Shown: positions 10,672-22,600 of the stretch, in pieces
Numbering within the stretch: position 1 is the stretch's first letter
How the letters are laid out: each line of letters opens with the position of its first letter
Source of the DNA: Paragordius varius
Lineage: Eukaryota > Animalia > Nematomorpha
DNA: 64,000 nucleotides
NCBI GenBank assembly: GCA_964247055.1
Contig: OZ176054.1
Location: 8,122,001 to 8,186,000, forward strand
Direction of reading: 5' to 3'
Notes under the pieces: model-generated
What the model was told of the DNA's origin: nothing
Database searches by the model: none
The model's input: only the letters and a program-made list of their open reading frames with translations
Translations under genes and position numbers: made by a program

Positions 10672-13600
10672 TTATATTACATATTTAAAGTATGAGTGAT
10701 ACTGATTTATAAAAAAATTTATAATAATGTTTACCATATGATATATTTCCAAGAATTTAATTCGTTTCGATATACTTTGTTTGTAATTGAGGAAATATAA
10801 ATTTGCTATTAAAGGGAAGTAGATGGTTAGAAATTCCGAATCTTTATCAATTTTATCTTCAGAAATGATTCCAGTGTCTTGTCCAATAAATTCAATTAAA
10901 TTTTCAAAACATGCTAAGGTTTCTTCCACATTTGGTTTAGGTTCATTAATACTAAAAAATAATATATATATATATATATATATATAGAAATGGTAAAAAT
11001 ATTTAATTAAGTTGATAAAATTGATTTTATAGAAATTACCATCGTTTGCTAAAATCTTTTAATTCATTCACAATGATTTCTTGCAAAAAATCTTCTAAAG
11101 TTTGAAAGGTGGATTTTTCAATGGTGTTAATGCATTGATTTTTTATATTGTTATAAATTAATGTTAGATATGACGTAAAGAGATGTTCTTGAGTTACTGC
11201 TATTCTGTCATAAATCAATTTAATCACCAATGTTTTCAACTAAAAGATAAAAAAAATATAAAATTATAAAATAAACATAAAATCGTCAAAATTTTAAGGT
11301 TTTAAATGTTTGCACCAATAGATGTCTAACAGCAGTTATAATATATAAAATAAAGACACAATAACAAACGGTAAGGGTTAAAAATTTGGGGTTAATATAT
11401 GTAAATTGAAACATTTTAAATAAATATTTAAAAACCTTGTGTATATCTCCTTTTGTCAGATCGTATTCATGTGGATACTGATTTAAGTTGTCTGAAAAAT
11501 CATCCATTAATATTGAACTCAATAAAAATGTGTTATCATTTAAGCTATTTAAATGGTAAATCCTTTGTTTCAACTGCGTCAACAATTCCACATTTTCAGA
11601 AATAAACCTGATAAAAATTAATACATTTATAAAACAATAAATAAGTCAAAACTTCTAAAATGCTTCACGTTTAATATAACATTTACTTAAATTTTATTTT
11701 TTATAAAATACTTTAACTAACATAGCTTTATATTAATTCTAACCCCTCAACAAAAGCGAGAAACGATTCAGCACAACTCACCCTTGTAACCAATGTCAAA
11801 TACTCATAAGCCAAAAAACTGTATGAATTATTTCCCACATTAGATTTAGAATGTGCGAAGAATAAAGAATCAAATATATTGGTTATTGTGGTATTTATTG
11901 AACTTTTTTCATCTTGATTAGTCTTTGTGTGCATATTTGCCCCAATTATCAAATATTTTAAAGGTTTAAAGCAAACATTCAAAATTTTTAGCGCATCCTT
12001 TTCTGTTATGAGAGTCCGTTTGTCTCCATATTCTCTTTCCATTAAAAACCAAAATATGTGCGGTATCCAAATTTCATGTAATCTAAACAGCATATGAATG
12101 TCAAAGCTTTGACATAAACCGCATAATATATCGTATAATTTATCTGTTTGTGTTTCATTAAATATAGATTTCCTTGATTCCCACAGATTAATAACATTTA
12201 AAATAAAATTTTCAAAACTTTCATTGGCTAAACCTGTGGGATGGTCGATATTATCATTATTATTAATGGTGAATATATTTTCAAATTGATCCCAATCACC
12301 AATAAAAATGTCAAATAAAAACCACTGTGGAACAGATGCAGAATTCGGTTCTGTATAATTTATTCCACAAATGCTTAACAGCTCTTTTAATTCTTTCAAT
12401 ATTTTTTTATATTTTTCGATTTGACATAACGCTTTATCGTTTGGTATGATATCATTACCATTAGTTTTAACATTTAAAAGCTTTAATGTAAGTTGTACAA
12501 GTAAATCAATATGAAATATTTGATATGGATTTATTAGGGTTACGACTTTTTCCCATAAGTTTTGAGCAATTTGATAACAAGATACCATCTTTTCTATCAT
12601 TTGATTGCTTAATCCAGTAAAAAGTTCATGTTGACAACGGTTATATATCATGCTATGATATAAATGATTTAAGATAAAAATTTGGTAATGATTTTAATGA
12701 TAAATTTTTAACATATATATTCTAACTTGTAATTTTCCAACAACTCCAAGTCGTTCAAAGTTAATAAATGTGATATGTGATCTAGCAAGCTTATGTAATC
12801 GGTAACACCGTGACTTTTAGCCAACACAAGAGCTTTTTCAAATGTGTCAGAGTTCTTTGTAAGAACTAAGCCATGTAACGTGTCTGTCAAATAGTCTTTA
12901 TCGGTTTCCAATCTGCCCATATCAATATCTAGAACGTATTATCAAATATATAAAAGATTGTCTCATGTTTAAAAATTTTACGGTAAAATGTTTTTACTTT
13001 CCGTGATTGATGTTAGAATATTTTTGTTTTCCAAGTTTGAGAGTCGGTTAAATAGTTCTCTGATGTGAATAACATATTCTGGTTTCAATTTACTCAGATT
13101 TTGAGAAAAATTGGATAAATTTAGTTCCCTTATATTGAATTCATCGAAATGTTCAGATAAAAGGGATACTAATATTATTTCGACTAATATGGGTAAAGAT
13201 GGAGATTTACATCCAATCAGTGCCTTACTAACCATATTGTGGATTGTTTCTATATTTTTTTCAGGATTCTATTTTTAAGATAAAAAATTATTAGCCTCCC
13301 AAATACATAAGATAAAAAATTATAAAAAGCTTAAAACAATATAAAAATTATTAAAATTTAAATTAAAACTTGATTAAACGTCAATGTTCGGATGGTGGTT
13401 GTTAAAATACTTATGAATCTTAAAGTAAGTGGTGAGTGTGATCCCGTCAAATCGGTGTTACGTTTAACAAATAAAATTAATAATATCACAACATAATATT
13501 TTTGAGTAATCCGTTCCCCATTATTTGAATGTAATTCCATGTTCAAGGCATTATAATTTTGAGGTATCAAAGGATCTATATCCGAAAATTGAATGATAAC

Positions 13601-16600
13601 GTTATGCAATAGTTTCCAAAACAATTTCAATGATTTATATTCCATTGTGTTAATTACATTCACAATATCGTGTTCCAATGAAAAGGATAAGTGTAATAAA
13701 TCGCTATGCAAGATTTTAAAATGGTTTGAGGATAATATATCTGACATATTAATGTCTTGTAATTGCTTTTGCATTATTTCTAATTGTCTCTTTATCCAAT
13801 CATCAGATTCATCTATTAAAATCATCGATAAGTTTTTAGCCGGTCAAGAATAATAATTGGTTTGACAGCGTATAAATGCAATTTTTTACGGTCATAACCA
13901 GTATATTAACCCATAAAAGCAAATACATATTTTAGAAACAAATTAAAATATTTTGCCTATGCGGTACATCAAAATTAAATTAAAATTTGACTAATATTTT
14001 TTGCTGAAAAGCATTTGAAAACATTTTTAATTGGTAAATATTTTCAATTTTTGGCTGGTTACTTGGTAAGACCAAACACTATTCATTTATATTATTTCTA
14101 ATCTCATATATAACGCATCCCCCTCTTTAATGACCCAAAATTTAGGAAAAAATCCGGCCATCCGCATCATAACTCTTTTATGTTTAAAATATTTTTTTTT
14201 TCAAATTATATTCTAGAGATTAAATGTTATTCATTGTTTTATTATAATAGGGGAGCTATTGTAATGTGTAATAAATATATTACCGTGCGTTTGAGTATAA
14301 TGTGCTGACATATCCTGATTTGTTGATTCATCATGCAATTTCATAACTATTTCATTAATCCTTTCTTTCGGACAAAAAGAAAGTGCAAACGTCATCATAT
14401 CATAACCATGTGAGAATGGTAAATATTTTATACCAACATCGTAACATATTTGCCAAAATTGTTGGAATTCTCGCTCAAAAACCTCAATTAATGGCGATTC
14501 AATTTCACCCAATTTATCTTCATTATGGGTTCTGCTATTTAATTCAGATTTGGATTCATAAAATTCCTCAAAGGCTAGCTTTTTTATTCTTTGACATAAA
14601 TCGAAAGCCGCATCATATGAACGATTTTGTAAATAGTTTGAAGTGAGTGCATTTTGAGCAAGACATTGATATAATTTGCAATAACAAAGTGATAAAACGT
14701 TTTTTTCGAAAAACACTATCAAATCGGGTGTATAAATTTGTAAGTTAAGAGGTTTGAATCCATACTTTTGCAAATATGGATCTATACTATTTGCTTTAGA
14801 GTATGGAATTAATAGTTGAATTATATTTTCAAAAGCTGAAACAAAGGTATCACTGTACAAACTGGAAAAGATTGATTCGCCGTGGCTTAATACAAGTGCC
14901 AGGATATGGTTTTTGATCATATCTAAAATAATAATAAGAAACAACACCCCATTAAAAATTTATTTAAATAAGATTAATAATTAAAGATTTAGCAAAATGT
15001 ATATCATTTCGGATTAAATTAGAAAACTTGACAAAATTATTATTTATATTTTGACATGTAAAATAGAAAACAATCCATATACTTAAACTTAATACCATTG
15101 ATATCTTTCTTAGCAGACATTCTTATTTGCAAAGGAACGGGACTATAAACTTCAAGTTTCAATGGCTCTAATATTTGGGATCTTAAAATCGATATTGCCT
15201 TTAAGAATGCGTTAAGTTCCTTAAGTTTCACAATAATAGAGTCATCTATTTCTTGATTATTAATTACGGACTCTGAGAGCAGGAGGATCTTTTTGAAAGC
15301 TTGGAAAATTTGTCTAAATAAAAGAAAAGAGTTTTAAAATGAGAGTTTAACATAGGAAAATTGTAATTTTACGGAATATATATATATATTAAGCATATAC
15401 CAACCTTGCAATGTCAATGTTACATTGATAACAATCAGTGGCAGAATTAACGTACTCATCCATGATTTCAAAAATTAAACGGCGAATATCATGCAAAAAA
15501 TTCTGTTCAACACCTACAAAATATGATTAAATTATATATTTTGGCAAGCATAATAATTTAAATTTATTGGAGATTCCTGGTGTTTTAAATAAAGAAAATA
15601 TATGGGCTTTAACTGAATTGTCGATGAATCGTTTAATTTAAAGATAATTTACAAAAGCAAATAGTTATTGATTTTCATACTTTTAATTTCGGTCTTTTTT
15701 TCTAGTTTCAATTTAGTGTCTTGCCAATGTAAATCATAAAGTGTTTTAGCTATTTCGATGTTTGAATAGGTACTGTATGTTTCCACATAATCAATGTTGT
15801 CTATATCTTCATCGAGGGTTACCGTGTTAAGTAAATACTTTAATAATGATTGAATAATTATTGGAATCCCTTCATGCCTTTCGATAGGAAACAATATATC
15901 ATTAATGGCCATTAAATCTATGAAAATTTGCAAAGATAAATTTTTAAAACAAGAATAATGCTTAAAAATCGTCGTAATTGTAAAAGTTAATCATAAATGC
16001 ATGCTTGGAAGTGTTATATATTTTCGAACAATTGTGTTTTCAACAAATATTATAAAATATATAAATTTAAATTAAATGGCTTTTATCATTTTTATTTATA
16101 AAAAAAGTATATATTATTATATTAATTGTTAGTATACAATCATAAACCTTTATAAAGGATATTCCAATGTTCAAAAGTGTGAGCTAATGGGAAATTACGA
16201 GTTTTACGGCAACATTGAAGTATTATATTATTTAACAAAGTTGAATATTCACTCAAATCAGAGGGTTTTGTTTTCACAAAATTTTTGGCTACGTTTTTTT
16301 GTAGCTTTGATGAATCGGAATTATTCGTTACTAATAATTTATATATTGTAACTAATTTCAGATCTCGTATTTCATACTTTGATAATATGATTAATATTCT
16401 AAATAAATGAACAAATAAATAAATTTATAACATATATTGACAATTTGAGATATAAGTATTACTTTATACAATCCAATATTTTCGTTATTTTAGCCTCTAA
16501 ATCTTTTGCGACATTGGTAAGACTTTCATTTTTTGATAATTTAGTTTGCAACAACTTTAAAGTTTTGACAATTATTTGACAATTTTGATCACTTTGGGCG

Positions 16601-19600
16601 TGGAAGTTAAGGATGTCCAAAATATTAGAAATAAAAGTAATAATTATTTCGTCACTTTCACGTGCAGAGATGTCTTTTATTTGTTGTCCAGGTTCCAAAG
16701 TAAATAAGGAAATTACAGTAAGTTTTTGACTATTTTTTAGAGCAGGCATACTTGATGATGAATCGTTCGAACTCAATAAATATTGTAGCAGCTATTATAA
16801 ATTATTTTGTACCACAAATAAATTAATTCGTAACAAAACACATTCCAACCTTATTCATATAATTTATAAAAGTTATTTAGCTTTTAAATATATTATTACA
16901 TAATTTAGCATAACTTCATATATTGAAATCATGATAATTCAATATTTTTGTGTTAACTAAAAAATTAATATTTTATGTCGAATTTTGCCCATTAAAACTT
17001 TGATAAATAAGGATGTAGTATTATACGAGTTTTCAAAAATATGGTTCATATTTTAGTTCGCCATATTAAAATGAATAGACAATGTTAGCTAATATAAAAT
17101 ACTTTAACAAAATGAGTTTTTAAAACAATCAATTTAATATATTTTAAAAATTACTGTATATATTGCATCTATTCTCCCTTGCTCTGCTAACCAGGATAAA
17201 CAAGATATAATTAAGGATATATAGATTGGACATTTTACATCCACTTCCATTTTGATTAACATGATCTCATCAATTTTGAGCTTTATAAAATTTATGATTT
17301 TTGATGGATATTTATCAACTTTAATCGTATTTTGTGCATTATACAATTGGTGGTACAATTGACATAGGGGAATCATGAAACTTTTAAAGTTTTGAATTAT
17401 CTTTGAACAATTATAATCAACAACAGTGTCTGCTAATTGTGTCGATTCGCCATCAATGGTATGAGAGTGTCGTAATAACAAGGGAAACACATAATTTCGA
17501 CATATAACTTCTGGTTTATGCTTGAATAAATCTTTCAAAGTAACGAGATGATTCATATCGCCTATTAGACAAATCAAGTTTTTAATCTATTTGACAACTT
17601 TACCATTAATAATTATAGATCTCTAAGGTTTAGTTTAAGAATCATCAAAAGTGAGAAAATTAATTAATTGTTATCAAATAACGTCTTTTTAGTACTAAAA
17701 TTAAAAATTTAATATATCTTTTAGTAGAAAATTAATATGGTACCGAAGTCTGGTTGGCAAACATAAATAATGTGATCCAAAATCCTGAAAATAATAATGG
17801 GCAGTTGATAATCCTATTAAATATAATTATACTTTAAAGACATATATAAATAATAGGTTAATGCCGGTATTATGTCAACATTTCATAAAAACATTTAAAA
17901 AGTTTTAAAAATTAATACTTCCGAACATTAGAAGATTTATGGAAAAAAACTTAAAAAGCATTAACTTTGCCATTATTCTATCGACAATGAGCATAATTTT
18001 TTTATGGAATTTAAATACGTCTGTCCCTTTTTGTGGGTTATATATTTTTTTAATAATTTAGATTATATAGGGTTTCCGACACAAATGGTTTGCATGCCAA
18101 TTCGTATAAAACATAAACGCCAATAAATTTATATTTTAATTATATAAAAATGAGGATTGTAATAATAAGTTATAAAACAAAAAATATAAATTTAACATGT
18201 TTCGCCATGCTATAAAAAAATGATTATGTAAAATAATATACCTGAAAATCTAATGCTTCTTTACCATATGTCAGCAAATTCGAAACATTTTCTACCAAAT
18301 GGGTAACATTTTCAATAGCAAAAGCACGGTATAATAAGAAATTGTGCAGAATAGTATTGTCCTTTTCTCGAACATGAGTTAATCTAAAAGAAAAATATGT
18401 TACAAAATTTAAAATAAGCAACTAAAACTATCAATTATAATTATCTGTTTAATTTAATTTATTTAACACTAAAATTAATTTAATTTTGTAAAAGACTTTA
18501 TATTTCTATTTTTGTTGTCTAAAAAATATTTAATTAAAAATAATTTTTAAATGTAAAAGGTATAATATGGTGAAAAAAATCAAATATACAAAGTTATAAA
18601 AAATATATAAATTATTTGGACAAAATTAGCTTTTTTTTATAATATACCAATAATAAATATACCATTTCCCAGTCTAAATAAACGTTTTCCCAGTCAATCG
18701 AAACATCTTCCCAATCAATCGAAACGTTTTCCCAGTCAATCAAAACATTTTCCCAGTCAATCGAAACATTTTCCCAGTCAATAAAAACGGTTTTATTTTT
18801 AATGATAAATAATAAAACAAGAATATAAAAACAACTTTTAACCATTATTAGCGTACTATATGGAGATATTTTTAATTATAAACACAATTATTGAATGACA
18901 ATTTTTCCAAGTATATTCCTAATGACTTATTCTTTAAATGTTATATTTTTGGAATTTAAGATAATTTTTTTTATTTTATCGATGGTTCGCATTAATATAT
19001 GCGGCTAACTTAAAAAATCTATAGTTACGGAGGAATTAATAAAATTTATAAAAATATACCATTTTTGTCTCAAAGGTCATTTAACACTTTATATTGGATC
19101 TTAAACATAAATTTTACGCTAATTTTATAATATCTAACATTTCGTTGGGGGCCTAAGGCGGCCTTCCGAGTATCTTTGTGCGGCCCGCAAAAAATTTGGA
19201 AAACCATATGCAAAAATATGCCCACAAAATCTTATCAAATATTTCTTACGCAATTATGAATGATTCTATTAAATTGGTAATGAATTAAAAAAAAATTGTT
19301 ATATTGTGTTTGTATTTTATAGTCTTATAAAATTATGTGAATGCCCATATGTATTTCGAATGGGGAACCGTGTGCTTATTGAGTTAAAAATGCGGCCCGC
19401 GAAGGCATTTAGTTGGACACCCTTGTTTTAGTCAAATATCTTTTTTATTTATTAAATATTTTTAAATCAAAAACATTTTTATCAAAAAAATTTTCGTTAA
19501 GATATTTTTTCCGACAGTATTTTTATCGACAAACCGGACAAATTTAAAAACTATTGTGAAGCGTTCCGCAAATATTAATGCGAACTATCAATAAAATAAA

Positions 19601-22600
19601 AAAATATTATCTTAACTCAAATTCCAAAAATATAACATTTAAAGAATAAATCATCAATGATTGTGCACTGGAATATACTTAAAATTGTCATTCAATAATA
19701 GTGTTTTTATAAAAAATAATATCCTAATATTACGCTAATAATGGTTAAAAGTTGTTTTTATATTCTTGTTTTATTATTTATCATTAAAAATAAAACCGTT
19801 TTTATTGACTGGGAAAACGTTTTTATTGATTGGGAAAATGTTTTTATTGACTGGGAAAATGTTTCGATTGACTGGGAAAACGTTTCGATTGACTGGGAAA
19901 ACGTTTCGATTGACTGGGAAAATGTTTCGATTGACTGGGAAAATGTTTTGATTGACTGGGAAAACGTTTCGATTGATTGGGAAGATGTTTCGATTGACTG
20001 GGAAAACGTTTATTTAGACTGGGAAATGGTATATAATATATAACCCGATAATGTTAAAATACTAGAGAATAATAAATTAATACTCATCATTAACTTAAAT
20101 TCCGATAAATCAATATTTAATCCATCTTGGTCATGATGTGATATACTACCAAATACATTGGTATTTTGATCAAACAGGGCTTCAGGTTTATTGATACTTT
20201 CTTCATACCCCATTAAAGTGTCAAAATCTATATCAAGGCTTTCCGCAAAATCCAACGTTTTCTCCTAAAAAGAATTGTAATATCAATATGGAATTGGTAA
20301 ATACTACTAGTATTTTTATGAAAAAAGTATTTCATATTAAAACAAAAAAAATAAATGTTAAACCAATGTTTTAATCTTATTGTGTGTCTGATCCAAAACC
20401 AAGTAGTTTAATATTAGTATGAATATCGAGGTGTCAAAATTCGGTGGGAGATACCATAAGAGACACAGTATATATGGCCTGATAGATTCTAAAAAAATAG
20501 ATATAATATTTATATAATCATTATTTTGATAATTTTGTTCATGCAAACTGTTTAAAATATAATACAAAATCAAATTAATTTATTAGATATATCAAATGGT
20601 TACTTTTATATTGCATAGAATATGCTTGATATGCTAGTTTAAGTGCAACACAAATCAATTCGAATTTTTCAAAATTATCCATTGTTTCCGCCAATCCTTT
20701 TAACACCAACCATATATTAGTATGTCGAAAAAATTGCCAAAATTCTGGGTTAAATTCTTTGTTCGAAAGCGCAATCATGCCCTAACAAAATATAAGTTAC
20801 TTTTTCAATAATATTATTTCAACTCAAACCTTGTTTAATACGATTCGATTAAAAATATATACTTTATACATATCAAGCCGAAACAATTGGGATTGAAATT
20901 GCGCTACGTATTGCTTATCCACCTCCCTGCTCCTATTCAATAAAAAAATATTGTTAATTAATTGTAAAGATAGAATTGTTTAATTAACATTAATAAATAT
21001 ACCTTTTCACAAGTTTAAAACCAAATTTAAGGGTATAGATTGAATCTTCTAAAGTAGAACTTAGAGATTCCAGTGATTGCTGAATGACCCATGACTTATT
21101 TCCAATCTTTTTCTGTTAAATGTGCCAAATTTTAGAAATAAATTAAAAAACGTTGGATTTAATTTATTTATAATTTATAGTAAAAAAATTATGGAAAGGG
21201 TTTCATGAAACAGGACAGACATATATTTGTTAGTTAATTTTTCTATCCGCAATTCGTTTATATTGTAAAAAGTTTAATTGTTTCGTTTTATTTGTATCTA
21301 TTATCAATATATTTTTTATTTTGTAAATATGTTTTTTCCCATATTTCAAGACAATTATCCATTCTAGTGCTTACATACGAAGGCTGCTGCAAAAAAAAAT
21401 CGAAAAAAACTTCAGAATCAATCCAAATTCAATCATATAGAAAATGTAAATCCATTGTACCGAATACCTGATCACAATCCCTTAACAAAGTAATAGCAAT
21501 CTCTGATCACAATGGGCAGGCCAGTGGAAACAGGATAAGACATTCATATTATTAATACTATAAAAAATTATTCAATAAAATTACCAGCTGAATAGGGGAT
21601 ACCCTAAACACCATGGTACAGTACAATAACAAAAGATCTCAAAAGGCCTAATTTTAATATAGAAAGAGCTAAATCACGAAACAATTGGAGATATACCCTG
21701 AGTGTGTGGCCATTTTAGAGCGAATACCTTTACAGATGTTGATGATGATATCCGTTTGCGAACAAATATTAGATTTTACAAAAAGTAAAATAAACTTTAT
21801 GTTAGTTGACAGTTTTCATTTACTTAAAATATTACAGCTTAGCTTAACATGCATTTCATAAATCTCCATTTTTTTATTGGAAAATATTGGGTTAAACACA
21901 TGGATGGATTTTCGAATTTACTAAAATGCCCAAATTATAAAGTAAATAGAATAAAATTCGGAATTAAAAACAATTTGGTAATGTAAAACTTAATATGTTA
22001 AAAATAAATCTGGTTTTGCGAAAATTCTATGTATCCTTATTGCTTATTTTCAAATATTTGATTGAATGAAATTTTAGTATAAACTACCAAATAATTATCG
22101 CAATCCGTTTTAGTTTTAAGTGAATGTGTCCATTGATCCATATATACGTGATCGGTTTCAAGGGCATATTTTCCAGCAAAAATTAATGCTTCATCGTATA
22201 ATTTGGCTTTAATCTATTGGTAATAAAGTATAAATAAATTTTATGCAAAAAAATATAATTTCGCGTTTGTTAAAACATTAGTATATATATATATATATAA
22301 TTATTGTCATTTATTTAATACTACCTTCCTTTCATATAATTTTTGAGGTGTAGTACTTTCTATGGCATATAATTTTTGATAAACATTGCATGGTCTTTAA
22401 AAATATATAAATATAAATATAAAATTAAATAACAAAATCAAATTTCATGTATATAAATAAAAATTTACATTAAATCTGGCTCGACATATCCCATTAATTG
22501 TAAAAATATCATGGGCACTTGCATAAATGTATTTGAATATGCTTTAAATATATATTTGATGGTATCTTGCAAGCTAACAAATGGATTATTGGGTGTTTGC

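Noticed and set aside
19555-19575. U6 snRNA-like words (gtgaagcgttcc here; gtgctcgcttc near 60664)
   Set aside because: The matches are only 11-12 nt with no flanking U6 sequence, and the first is part of a foldback arm.
18612-20043. ORFs with DWENVSI heptad repeats (18612-18845, 19741-20043, 19766-19951) and a superficially CRISPR-like array
   Set aside because: These are translations of a 21-bp minisatellite in foldback arms. The units are contiguous with no unique spacers, there are no cas genes, and the context is eukaryotic.
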